From positions 49 to 64,048 of the forward strand of contig JASLBU010000187.1 in NCBI GenBank assembly GCA_030146365.1: a stretch of 64,000 nucleotides of DNA. The letters are read 5' to 3'. This DNA comes from Candidatus Limnocylindria bacterium (GTDB taxonomy: Bacteria; Chloroflexota; Limnocylindria; QHBO01). Positions 1 to 8,651 of this stretch are shown here, in pieces; position 1 is the stretch's first letter; each line of letters begins with the position of its first letter. Under the pieces are notes generated by a model that did not search any database, was not told the DNA's origin, and saw only the letters and a program-made list of their open reading frames with translations. Position numbers and translations under genes: made by a program.

Positions 1-268
1 CCTGCCGGCGGCGGCGCCGCGAGTTTTCGCGGGCCTGCGAGTCAGCCTGTCGATGGCGGTGATCCTCATGGTGATCTCGGAGATGGTGGCCACCGTGAAC
101 GGCATCGGCTTCGAACTCGTCCAGGCACAGCGCAGCTTCCGCAGCCTGGACGTCTGGTCCACGATCCTCTTGCTCGGACTGGTCGGCGGGACGCTGAACG
201 GGGCCCTCGCCGCCGTCGAGAGCCGGGCGCTGCGCTGGCAGCACGGCTGGCGGAGGCTCCGCGCATGA
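1..268 (+). CDS. ABC transporter permease, C-terminal fragment (NitT/TauT, nitrate/sulfonate/bicarbonate type); 5' end lies outside the window
   Basis: The frame-2 ORF runs from the window edge. Its hydrophobic C-terminus (SLSMAVILMVISEMVATVNGIGF) is typical of an SsuC/TauC-like permease tail. Its stop overlaps the next ATPase start in an ATGA. Confidence 0.6.
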   Translation, partial: LPAAAPRVFAGLRVSLSMAVILMVISEMVATVNGIGFELVQAQRSFRSLDVWSTILLLGLVGGTLNGALAAVESRALRWQHGWRRLRA

Positions 269-1038
269 CAGAACCGCAGCTGGTCGTGGAGCACCTGCAG
301 TTCCGCCATCCCGACGCGGCAGCGGAGGCGGACCCGGCTCTCGCCGATGTGACGTTCTCCGTGGCGTCGGGTGAGCTGCTGGCGATCGTCGGCCGCTCCG
401 GCTCCGGGAAGACGACCCTGCTGCGGTGCATCGCCGGCCTCCACACGCCAACCGGCGGGGAGGTGCGGATCGACGGACGGATGGTGACGGACGTGCCCGA
501 TGCACTTGCGGTCGTGTTCCAGGACTACAGCCGCTCGCTGTATCCGTGGATGACGGTCGCGTCCAACGTCGATCTGCCCCTCCGGCGCCTGAACCTCGAT
601 CGGGGCGAACGGCAGGAGCGCGTACGGTCAGCGCTCAGGGAGGTCGGTCTCGCCGATGCGGCCGGCCTGCATCCCTGGCAGCTGTCCGGCGGCATGCAGC
701 AGCGGGTCGCCATTGCGCGCGCCATCGCCTACCGCCCCAGGCTGCTCCTCATGGACGAGCCGTTCGGCTCGGTCGACGCGGAGACTCGTGCCGACCTCCA
801 GGACCAGCTGCTTGCGGTCTGGCGCGCGCACGACACCACGATTCTGCTCGTGACGCACGACGTCGACGAGAGCGTGTACCTGGCCGACCGCGTGCTGGTC
901 CTGTCGTCTCCGCCCACGAGGGTCGCCGCCCAGCTCGCAGTTTCCCTCCCCCGTCCCCGCGACCAGATCGAGACGCGGGCCTCCAGCGCGTTCGTCGGTC
1001 TGCGGGCCGATGTCGCGCGAGCCCTGCGACACCGCTGA
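265..1038 (+). CDS. ABC transporter ATP-binding protein (SsuB/TauB-like)
   Basis: Walker A GRSGSGKTT, signature LSGGMQQRVAIARA and Walker B LLLMDEPFGSVD are present. It is translationally coupled to the upstream permease. Confidence 0.85.
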   Translation: MTEPQLVVEHLQFRHPDAAAEADPALADVTFSVASGELLAIVGRSGSGKTTLLRCIAGLHTPTGGEVRIDGRMVTDVPDALAVVFQDYSRSLYPWMTVASNVDLPLRRLNLDRGERQERVRSALREVGLADAAGLHPWQLSGGMQQRVAIARAIAYRPRLLLMDEPFGSVDAETRADLQDQLLAVWRAHDTTILLVTHDVDESVYLADRVLVLSSPPTRVAAQLAVSLPRPRDQIETRASSAFVGLRADVARALRHR

Positions 1039-1088
1039 ACCAGCCCGGCCAGGGATGCCGACGTCGGCGCGGGCGGCTCGGGCGTACG

Positions 1089-1781
1089 ATGGCGACGATG
1101 CGCCCCTTTCTCCGCTCCACCGAGCGCGAGCTGCTCGATGGACCGGACCTTGACCCGGCGGAGCTGGAGCGCAACCTGCGCGAGATGGCGATGCTGAACC
1201 GGCTGCCGGGCGGCGTCGGAACCAGCGTCACAGCGACCCTGCGCCTGCTCGAGGCGGCGGAGATGCGGGTGCGCCGCGTCCTGGACGTCGGGAGCGGCTC
1301 CGGCGACTTCGCGCGTGCCCTGCGGCGCCGATCGGGCGTGCCGATCCTGCTGGCCGACAGCAGCCCCACGGTGCGAGTGATCGCCGCGCGGACGGTTGCT
1401 CGTACATCCGACGTGGAGCTCATCGACGCGGATGCCCGTTCTCTGCCGCTGGACGACAGCTCGGTGGACGTCAGCCACGCCTCACTACTCCTTCATCACC
1501 TCGATCCCCCGGACGCCGTTGCGGCCCTTCGCGAGATGCGGCGCGTCGCACGGGCCGGCGTCGTCATCAATGACCTCCGACGCGGTCACCTCGCTCTGCT
1601 CATGACCGCCGCGACGGTCCTCGCGTTCTCGCGGTCCCCGTACACCCGCCATGACGGGGTGCTCTCGGCACGGCGTGCCTATACCCTGCCCGAGCTCGAC
1701 GCGCTGGCGGCGGAGGCCGGACTTCACCCCGTCGCCCGCACGCCGGCGTGGTGGCCCAGAGTCACGACCACGTACCGATGA
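1089..1781 (+). CDS. Class I SAM-dependent methyltransferase
   Basis: SAM-binding motif I VLDVGSGSGDFARAL is present. The real start is the internal ATG at 1089 (MATMRPF...), because the listed ORF 426..1781 overlaps the upstream ATPase out of frame. Its stop overlaps the next gene's ATG (ATGA at 1778-1781). Confidence 0.75.
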   Translation: MATMRPFLRSTERELLDGPDLDPAELERNLREMAMLNRLPGGVGTSVTATLRLLEAAEMRVRRVLDVGSGSGDFARALRRRSGVPILLADSSPTVRVIAARTVARTSDVELIDADARSLPLDDSSVDVSHASLLLHHLDPPDAVAALREMRRVARAGVVINDLRRGHLALLMTAATVLAFSRSPYTRHDGVLSARRAYTLPELDALAAEAGLHPVARTPAWWPRVTTTYR

Positions 1782-2947
1782 ACGGCGCACTGGACGCCGA
1801 CGTGGTGGTCGTGGGCGCCGGCCCGGCCGGGTCCGCAACGGCCGCCGCCCTCGCGCGGGCGGGCCGTGACGTCCTGCTCCTCGAGGCCGCCCGCCACCCG
1901 CGGGCGAAGGCGTGCGCCGAGTACGCCAGCCCCCGAATCGTCGAGGAGCTTCGGGCCGTCGGCCTCGCCGATGGCGCCTGGCAGGCCGACGCTCAGCCCG
2001 TGGCGGGCATGCGCGTCATCCGAGGGGCGCACGGGGCGGACGTCACCTACGAGGACGCCGCGGGTTCCCGTCCGGCATGGGGGCTCGACCGCCTCACGTT
2101 CGACGCGGTCCTGGCCGCGCACGCGGTCGACTCGGGCGCGCGCCTGCGGGAACGCACCGTCGTCCGTGGCGTCGAGCTGCGGGACGGCGTCGCGATCGTT
2201 GCCCTCGGTACGGAAGAGCGCATTCGAGCCCGGTGGGTGATCGGCGCCGATGGCGGGCGCTCCCGGGTGGCGCGCTCCCTGGGCGTCGAGCGGCCAGTGC
2301 GGGCTCCCCGCCGTCTCGGCCTGGTCGCGCACTACGAGGGCCTCCCCGACCTGGCGCAGCGGGGAGAGATGCACGTGGGACGCGGCCTGTACATCGGCCT
2401 GGCGCCGCTGGCCGGCGGCCGGCTGAACGTGGGCATGGCCCTCCCCCTCGACCGCGCCGGCGGCCCCGCGGAGGCCCGGTTCGAGGCTGCCGTCGCGTCG
2501 CTGCCGGCGGTCGCGCGCCGGCTCGCCGGGCGACGCCGCCTCACCGCCATCCGGGGTTCCGGGCCGATCGGGCATCGCGTGGCGCGGCCGGCCGGTCCGG
2601 GCTGGATGCTGGTGGGAGACGCCGCCGGCTTCGTCGACCCGTTCAGCGGTGAGGGCATCTTCCGCGCGCTCCGCTCCGCCCGGGCCGCGGCCGAGGCGCT
2701 CGGGCCCGGCGACGCAGGGGCTGCCGACCGCTACCGCGCCGCGCGCCGGCGGGCCTTCGCGTCCAAGGACGCGCTCACGTGGCTGGTGCAGGGGATGCTG
2801 GCCGCGCCGCCGCTGCTCGACTACGCGTTGCAGCGCCTCGACGAGCGTCCGGCGTTGGCGCGCCGATTCGGCTCGGCGCTGGGAGACTGCCGGCCGGCCA
2901 CGGATGTCCTGTCTCCGGCCTTCCTCGTGCAAGTGCTCCGTCCATGA
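1778..2947 (+). CDS. FAD-dependent oxidoreductase, geranylgeranyl reductase family
   Basis: N-terminal FAD-binding Rossmann motif DVVVVGAGPAGSATAAALA and an RxxGADGxxS-like core (WVIGADGGRSRVAR) are present. Start chosen at ATG 1778 (MNGALDADVVVVGAG) for the 4-nt overlap with the methyltransferase stop; the listed ORF starts at 1748. Confidence 0.8.
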   Translation: MNGALDADVVVVGAGPAGSATAAALARAGRDVLLLEAARHPRAKACAEYASPRIVEELRAVGLADGAWQADAQPVAGMRVIRGAHGADVTYEDAAGSRPAWGLDRLTFDAVLAAHAVDSGARLRERTVVRGVELRDGVAIVALGTEERIRARWVIGADGGRSRVARSLGVERPVRAPRRLGLVAHYEGLPDLAQRGEMHVGRGLYIGLAPLAGGRLNVGMALPLDRAGGPAEARFEAAVASLPAVARRLAGRRRLTAIRGSGPIGHRVARPAGPGWMLVGDAAGFVDPFSGEGIFRALRSARAAAEALGPGDAGAADRYRAARRRAFASKDALTWLVQGMLAAPPLLDYALQRLDERPALARRFGSALGDCRPATDVLSPAFLVQVLRP

Positions 2948-3399
2948 ACAGCGTGATACGGATCAATATCGCCGCCCCGTACGCTCGCATCTTCGAGATG
3001 GCCGCCGATGTCGAGCGCTGGCCGGAGATCCTGCCGCACTACAGATACGTGCGTCGCGTACCGGCGCCCAATGGCGAGCGTCGATTCGCGATGGGCGCGC
3101 TGCGCGGCAGCATCCCGGTGTCCTGGGAGGCCATTCAGCGGCCGATGCCGGAGCAGCGCCGCATCGAGTTCCTCCACACCGGTGGCGTGACGCGGGGCAT
3201 GCGGGTGGCCTGGATCTTCGAGCCGGTCGCCAACTTCGCGGGCGAAGCCTGGAACGTCCGCATCGAGCACGAGCTGGACCTCGGCTGGCCCGTCATCGGA
3301 GGGCTGGTGGCCGACCGGGTCATCGGGCCCCAGTTCATCGACGCCATCGCCGGCCGAACCCTACGCACCATCCGCGACCTGGCCGAGCGCGGCGCATGA
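2944..3399 (+). CDS. SRPBCC-family protein (polyketide cyclase/dehydrase-like, Bet v1 fold)
   Basis: 151 aa with a Polyketide_cyc2-like pattern (IRINIAAPYARIFEMAADVERWPEILPHY). ATG at 2944 overlaps the upstream stop (ATGA), and its own stop overlaps the KAS start. Confidence 0.65.
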   Translation: MNSVIRINIAAPYARIFEMAADVERWPEILPHYRYVRRVPAPNGERRFAMGALRGSIPVSWEAIQRPMPEQRRIEFLHTGGVTRGMRVAWIFEPVANFAGEAWNVRIEHELDLGWPVIGGLVADRVIGPQFIDAIAGRTLRTIRDLAERGA

Positions 3400-4658
3400 C
3401 ACGCGTGGCGGTCACCGGCATCGGTGCGGTCACTCCCATCGGCCACGGGCGGTGCGGCCTCTGGACCGGCGTCATGGCGAACCGCTCGGCGGTCCGCGCC
3501 ATCGACCGCTTCGACGCGTCCCCGTTTCCGTCGCGCATTGCTGCCCAGATCGACGATTTCGTGCCCGGCGATCATCTCGACGCTCGTCGCGCGCGACGAC
3601 TGGACCGCTTCAGCCAGCTTGCCGTGGTGGCGGCCCGCATGGCGAGTGACGACGCCAGCCTCGGCGGGGAGGCGCAAGACCCGCGCCGAACCGGCGTCTG
3701 GATCGGCTCCGCGCTCGGCGGCGTGGCATTCGGAGAGGAGCAGCACGAGGCGTACGTCCTCGGTGGCGTGCGAGCCGTCGCCCCCACCCTGGCGACCGCC
3801 GTGTTCGGTGGCGCGGCTGCGTCGAACGTGGCGATCGACCAGGGCATCCGTGGCCCGGCCATCGGGAACGCCAACTCCTGCGCGTCCGGCGCCATCGCCA
3901 TCGGACAGGCGTTCCACGCCGTTCGCGCGGGGATCGTGGACGTGGCGCTGGCCGGCGGTGCGGAGGCACCGCTCGCGCCGCTCACCTTCGGGGCCTTCGC
4001 GATGATCGGTGTGCTGTCGACGAGGAACGACGATCCGGCGACGGCCAGCCGCCCGTTCGATGCGGGGCGCGATGGGTTCGTGATGGGAGAGGGCTCGGCG
4101 ATCGTGGCGCTGGAACGCTGGGACCACGCCAAAGCCCGGGGCGCACAGATCCTGGCGGAGGTGATGGGCTTCGGCGCCTCGACCGACGCGCATCACCTCA
4201 CGGCTCCCCTTCCCTCCGGCGAGTCCGCGGCAGACGCGATCACCACTGCCCTGGCGGATGGCGCCGTCCGTCCGGAGGCGATCGAATACGTGAACGCCCA
4301 CGCCTCGTCCACCGAGCTCAACGAGCTGGCCGAGACGCGCGCGCTGCATGCCGCGCTGGGAACGCGGGCGCGCGATGTACCGGTCTCCGGCACGAAGGGC
4401 CTGTACGGGCACGCGCTCGGGGCGAGCGGGGCCATCGAGGCCGCGATCACCGTCATGGCGCTGGCCAGCGGCACTTTGCCCGGAACCTGCAACCTCGAGA
4501 CCCTCGACGAGCGCTGCGACCTCCGGGTCCTGCGGGAGCCGATGACCGTTTCGCCCTCGGCCGCGCTGTCGACGTCCTTCGGCTTCGGCGGCATGAACGC
4601 CGCCCTCGTGCTGCGTCCGGTTGCGGGCGGCGACGGAACCTACATCGAGGGCGTGTAG
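3396..4658 (+). CDS. Beta-ketoacyl-[ACP] synthase (KAS I/II, FabF-like)
   Basis: Active-site Cys in NANSCASGAIAIG and the His/His pair in NAHASSTELNE and GHALGASGA are present. N-terminus MTRVAVTGIGAVTPIG; about 420 aa. Confidence 0.85.
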   Translation: MTRVAVTGIGAVTPIGHGRCGLWTGVMANRSAVRAIDRFDASPFPSRIAAQIDDFVPGDHLDARRARRLDRFSQLAVVAARMASDDASLGGEAQDPRRTGVWIGSALGGVAFGEEQHEAYVLGGVRAVAPTLATAVFGGAAASNVAIDQGIRGPAIGNANSCASGAIAIGQAFHAVRAGIVDVALAGGAEAPLAPLTFGAFAMIGVLSTRNDDPATASRPFDAGRDGFVMGEGSAIVALERWDHAKARGAQILAEVMGFGASTDAHHLTAPLPSGESAADAITTALADGAVRPEAIEYVNAHASSTELNELAETRALHAALGTRARDVPVSGTKGLYGHALGASGAIEAAITVMALASGTLPGTCNLETLDERCDLRVLREPMTVSPSAALSTSFGFGGMNAALVLRPVAGGDGTYIEGV

Positions 4659-4819
4659 TCAGCCTCGAAGTACGGCGCCGGGTCGTCCTTGAAATCGAGC
4701 ATGCAGCCACGGCCGCAGAAGTAGTAGGTCTGCCCTTCGTGCTCGGCGGTCAGGCCCTTGGTCTCGGCGTCGGCCGTATCGACCTGCATGCCGCACACGG
4801 GATCGTTGGCGGTCGTCAT
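4640..4819 (-). CDS. YHS/TRASH-domain small metal-binding protein (59 aa); absent from the ORF track because it is under the length cutoff
   Basis: Manual translation gives [59 protein letters not shown], with the YHS signature DPVCGM and a second Cys pair. Its ATG overlaps the copA stop (ATGA), and its 3' end overlaps the convergent KAS by 19 nt. Confidence 0.55.
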   Translation of the reverse strand: MTTANDPVCGMQVDTADAETKGLTAEHEGQTYYFCGRGCMLDFKDDPAPYFEADYTPSM

Positions 4820-7341
4820 CGCGTCGTCTCTCCTGGTGGGGATCGTTCTGGATCGGTGACCAGCACGAAGCCGGCCATGGTGCCCGGGTCATCGGGTGCG
4901 CCGCCGCCCATCTCCATCGGGTCAATGGGTGCGGGGTCGGCATGCGCCGGGTTGGCGAGGAAGATGGCGGCGCCGCCCACCAGGAGCGCCACCACCGCGA
5001 TGCCGGCGAGGTAGCCGTACTCGCGGACGCGCTCCATCAGTGGCGGATGGAGGATCTGCTGGGGACTCTCCGGCGCACGGAACGAGCGCAGGCGCAGCGC
5101 GTTGGTGACGACGCTGACGCTGCTCATTGCCATTGCGGCGGCCGCGATCACCGGGTTCAGCAGGATGCCCAACAGCGGGTAGAGCAGTCCCATCGCCACG
5201 GGAATGAGCAGCACGTTGTAGCCGAAGGCCCACACCAGGCCCTGCTTGATGACGCCCACGGTCTTGCGGGACAGGGCGATGGCAGTGACGATCGTCCGCA
5301 GGTCGCCGCCGATGAGGGTGATGTCGGACGCGGCCATCGCGACGTCGGTCCCGGTGCCGATGGCGATCCCCAGGTCCGCCCGCGCCAGCGCCGGCGCGTC
5401 GTTGATGCCGTCTCCGACCATGGCCACCACCCGTCCGGCAGCCTGGAGCTCGGCCACCTTGGCGCTCTTCTGGTCGGGCCGCACGTCGGCCAGCACGTGG
5501 CTGATGCCGGCCTGCGCGGCGATCGCCTCAGCGGTCGCGCCGTTGTCGCCGGTGAGCATCCAGACCTCCAGCCCCAGTGCCTCCAGCTGCTGAACCGCAG
5601 CGGACGATTCCGCCTTGAGCGTGTCCGCGACCGCCACCAGGCCGATGAGCCGGCCGTCGGCGACGACGAACATCGGGGTTGCACCGGCCGCCGCGAGCTC
5701 GGCCGCGGTCGCCTCGAGCGGCCCGAGCTCCACGTCGCTCTCCACGAGGAGCGCCCGATTGCCGATCGCCACGGCGCGTCCGGCGACGCTGGCCCGGATG
5801 CCGGAGCCCGGGAGCGCCGCGAAATCGGTCGCCGGCGGCACGTCGACGCCCTGCGCCCGCGCATGCGCGACGATCGCCTGGCCGAGCGGGTGCTCCGACC
5901 CGAGCTCGGCAGCGGCAGCCAGCCACAGCAGGTCGGTCTCCGTCACGCCGTCGGCGCACACGACCCGCGTCACCGCGGGGCGCCCACGCGTGAGCGTCCC
6001 CGTCTTGTCCAGCACGACCGTGTCGATCCGCCGCGTCGTCTCCAGCGCCTCGCCGCCGCGGACCAGGATGCCGTACTCGGCCGCCTTGCCCGTTCCGACC
6101 ATGATCGCCGCGGGCGTGGCGAGCCCCAGGGCGCAGGGGCAGGCGATGATCAGCACGGCGATCGCCACGCTGACGGCGAAGGCAACGCCCGGACCGAAGA
6201 CGAGCCATCCCAGCGCGGTCAGCCCGGCGATCACCAGCACGATCGGCACGAACACGCCGGCCACGCGGTCCGCCAGCCGCTGGAGGGGCGCCTTGCTGCC
6301 CTGCGCCTCCTCGACGAGCCGCACGATCTGGGCGAGCGCGGTATCAGCACCCACCCGGGTCGCGCGGAGGACGAAGGACCCCGTGCTGTTCAGGGTCGCG
6401 CCGATGACCTGGTCGCCGACCACCTTGTCGACGGGCAGCGATTCCCCCGTGAGCATGCTCTCGTCCAGCGCCGACGCGCCATCGGTCACGATCCCGTCCA
6501 CCGGCACCCGCTCGCCGGGCCGCACGCGGACGAGGTCCCCGACCGCAACCCGCTCCACCGGCACCTCATGCTCCTCCCCGTCGCGGATGACGCGAGCGGT
6601 CCGCGCCTGCAGGCCCATGAGCGCCCGGATCGCCCCGGCGGTCTGCTTCTTTGCGCGCGCCTCCATCCATCGGCCGGCCAGCACCAGCGCGATGATGATC
6701 ACCGCCGTCTCGAAGTACAGGTTGGGCGGGAACCCCCACGCCGCGGCCAGTCCCGGCCACAGCGTGACGAACGCGCTGTAGCCGTAGGCGACGCTGGTCC
6801 CCACGGCGACCAGCGTGTTCATGTTCGTGGACCGATGGCGCGCGGCGCTCCACGCCGCCCGGTAGAAGACCGAGCCGGCCCACGTCTGCACGACGGTTGC
6901 GGCGATCAGCAGCAGCGGGGCGACGACCGCCATCTCCAGCTGGAGCGGCAGATACATCAGCGCCATCATGCCGAGGCCGATGGCGAGGCTGACCGCCGCC
7001 TTTCGCCGCAGGTCGGCGATCTCCTTGTCGCGCTCCGCCTCACGCGCGTCGGCCGCCGCTGCGGGAGCGGGCTCCGCCTGGGCCGGGCGTTCCCGGACGT
7101 CATACCCGGCGGCCCGGACCGCGTCGTGGAGGACGCGAAGGTCGGCGCGGTTGGCATCGAAAGCCACGCGCGCTCGCTCCGTCGCCAAATTGACGCTGAC
7201 GTCCGCCACCCCCTCGACCCGGTTCACGAAGCGCTCGATGCGGTTCACGCACGACGCGCAGGTCATGCCGCCGATGTCGATCGAGACGACCTTGAGGGGC
7301 TCCCCGGCGGGCGGCGGCGCAGCGATCGCGCGGTTCGTCAC
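4816..7341 (-). CDS. copA: Copper-translocating P1B-type ATPase
   Basis: N-terminal HMA domain [11 protein letters not shown] motif [10 protein letters not shown], phosphorylation site DKTGTLT and hinge GDGINDAP are all present. Confidence 0.9.
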   Translation of the reverse strand: MTNRAIAAPPPAGEPLKVVSIDIGGMTCASCVNRIERFVNRVEGVADVSVNLATERARVAFDANRADLRVLHDAVRAAGYDVRERPAQAEPAPAAAADAREAERDKEIADLRRKAAVSLAIGLGMMALMYLPLQLEMAVVAPLLLIAATVVQTWAGSVFYRAAWSAARHRSTNMNTLVAVGTSVAYGYSAFVTLWPGLAAAWGFPPNLYFETAVIIIALVLAGRWMEARAKKQTAGAIRALMGLQARTARVIRDGEEHEVPVERVAVGDLVRVRPGERVPVDGIVTDGASALDESMLTGESLPVDKVVGDQVIGATLNSTGSFVLRATRVGADTALAQIVRLVEEAQGSKAPLQRLADRVAGVFVPIVLVIAGLTALGWLVFGPGVAFAVSVAIAVLIIACPCALGLATPAAIMVGTGKAAEYGILVRGGEALETTRRIDTVVLDKTGTLTRGRPAVTRVVCADGVTETDLLWLAAAAELGSEHPLGQAIVAHARAQGVDVPPATDFAALPGSGIRASVAGRAVAIGNRALLVESDVELGPLEATAAELAAAGATPMFVVADGRLIGLVAVADTLKAESSAAVQQLEALGLEVWMLTGDNGATAEAIAAQAGISHVLADVRPDQKSAKVAELQAAGRVVAMVGDGINDAPALARADLGIAIGTGTDVAMAASDITLIGGDLRTIVTAIALSRKTVGVIKQGLVWAFGYNVLLIPVAMGLLYPLLGILLNPVIAAAAMAMSSVSVVTNALRLRSFRAPESPQQILHPPLMERVREYGYLAGIAVVALLVGGAAIFLANPAHADPAPIDPMEMGGGAPDDPGTMAGFVLVTDPERSPPGETTR

Positions 7342-7610
7342 GAGCGGATCAGCCGCTGGATCGCGGCGGTCGCTTCCGAGACCTTCGAATCGTCACCGGC
7401 CGCCGCCGCCTCCATGACGCAGTGGCGCATGTGCTCATCGAGCAGGCCGACAGCGACACCCTGGAGTGCGCGCGTCACGGACGAGACCTGCGTGAGGATG
7501 TCGATGCAGTAGCGGTCCTCGCCGACCATCCGCTGCAGCCCGCGGACCTGCCCCTCGATCTTGCGCAAGCGCTCCAGGTACTCGTCACGACTCATGGTGT
7601 AGCCTGCCAT
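7338..7610 (-). CDS. csoR: CsoR/RcnR-family metal-sensing transcriptional repressor
   Basis: About 90 aa with a CsoR-like fold signature (RYCIDILTQ ... HMRHCV; the Cys-His-Cys Cu(I) ligand triad). ATGA overlap with the copA start; the start may alternatively be the second ATG at 7595. Confidence 0.8.
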   Translation of the reverse strand: MAGYTMSRDEYLERLRKIEGQVRGLQRMVGEDRYCIDILTQVSSVTRALQGVAVGLLDEHMRHCVMEAAAAGDDSKVSEATAAIQRLIRS

Positions 7611-7650
7611 GAGTCGATGATAGCATACCCCCCTCCCCTAGGTCGAGCGA
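7611..7650 (-). promoter_or_regulatory. Possible CsoR operator/promoter region upstream of csoR
   Basis: A GTAGCC...GCATAC pseudo-palindrome with a C-rich tract (ATACCCCCCTCCCC) sits immediately 5' of csoR, loosely like known GC-rich CsoR boxes. The symmetry is weak. Confidence 0.2.
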
Positions 7651-8081
7651 GGCTCCACCGCGGCCTCTGGAGGCGGAGCCAGGCGCCGGACGCAGTCGCG
7701 AAGCCGGTCGATGTCGATCGGCTTCGCGATCACCTCCGCGGCCTCGAGCGTCTCCTTCGGCCGGTGCCAGTAGCCCGACAGGATGACGACGGGAATCGAG
7801 GCCAGCTCGGATCTTCGGAGCATCGCGGAGCGCAGGGCGAAGCCGGACATGGCAGGCATCAGCAGGTCGGTGATCACGAGGTCCGGAACCCGATCAGCCA
7901 TCAGGCTGAGCGCGCGGGCTCCCGAGGCGGCCATCGCCACCTCGTAGCCGTCGGCCTCGAGGATGTCCCGAACGAGCTCACGGATCGACGCGGCGTCGTC
8001 CACGATGACGATGAGCGGCTGTCGCGCCGCTCCGGGGAGATGAAGAGCGGCCGGAGGGTCCGGCCGCCCGGAGATTGCCAT
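7638..8081 (-). CDS. Stand-alone response-regulator receiver (REC) domain protein
   Basis: Acid pocket VIVDDA, phospho-acceptor Asp in LVITDLLMP and a conserved Lys (AKP) are present. There is no output domain. Confidence 0.75.
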   Translation of the reverse strand: MAISGRPDPPAALHLPGAARQPLIVIVDDAASIRELVRDILEADGYEVAMAASGARALSLMADRVPDLVITDLLMPAMSGFALRSAMLRRSELASIPVVILSGYWHRPKETLEAAEVIAKPIDIDRLRDCVRRLAPPPEAAVEPRST

Positions 8082-8094
8082 CGTTCCGGCGCCG

Positions 8095-8574
8095 CTACGC
8101 CGATGCGATCTGGACAGCGAAGTTGGCGAGGCTCTTGGCCAGCGTATCGGCGCTGGCCTTGATCTCCTTGCGCATCGCCGTCGCGGCGTCGCGCAGCTCG
8201 GTCTCCTTGCGGTCGCGCGCGATCTTGATCACCGCATCCGCAGAGTCGTGCTGCTTGCGCTTCAGATTGAGGAGCACCGCGTGCGCCTCGTACGCCTCGC
8301 TCTCCTCAGAGCCTGCCTTCTGCGACGTCTCCTCGGCCAGCTTCGAGAGTGCCTCGGCCACCTCTTCGCGCTCGCCCTGGGCCCCGAACGGCTGGCCAAA
8401 CTTCTGAAGAGTCTTGAGGTGCCGCTGGTCGACCTTCAGATCGGCCTGAAGCTGCTTGCGGACCTCGGGCACTGGATGCGATCGGGACAGGGCCTCACCG
8501 CAGGCGCAGATCGTTTCCTGGATCGCGATGGCCTCGTCGAACTCGTGCTTGATGAACTCGGTACCGGATGGCAT
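8095..8574 (-). CDS. Hypothetical coiled-coil protein (about 159 aa)
   Basis: GC3-rich coding frame. Start re-anchored at the internal ATG (MPSGTEFIKHEF...), because the upstream part of ORF 8095..8766 overlaps the kinase out of frame. No family recognised by eye. Confidence 0.5.
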   Translation of the reverse strand: MPSGTEFIKHEFDEAIAIQETICACGEALSRSHPVPEVRKQLQADLKVDQRHLKTLQKFGQPFGAQGEREEVAEALSKLAEETSQKAGSEESEAYEAHAVLLNLKRKQHDSADAVIKIARDRKETELRDAATAMRKEIKASADTLAKSLANFAVQIASA

Positions 8575-8651
8575 GTGCGCTCCCTGAAATGTGGTGTGAC
8601 GGCAGATTCCAAGGCAAGCGGTGTGCCCCGCGGGTCGAATTCGGCGGTCCG

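Noticed and set aside
426-1088. N-terminal 221 codons of listed ORF 426..1781
   Set aside because: This part overlaps the well-supported ABC ATPase (265..1038) out of frame and is Arg/Gly-rich. The conserved methyltransferase sequence begins only at the internal ATG 1089.
4942-7512. 856-aa ORF on the plus strand
   Set aside because: It is exactly antisense to copA, whose P-type ATPase motifs are unambiguous. It is Arg/Gly/Asp-rich with low-complexity composition, a typical high-GC antisense artefact.
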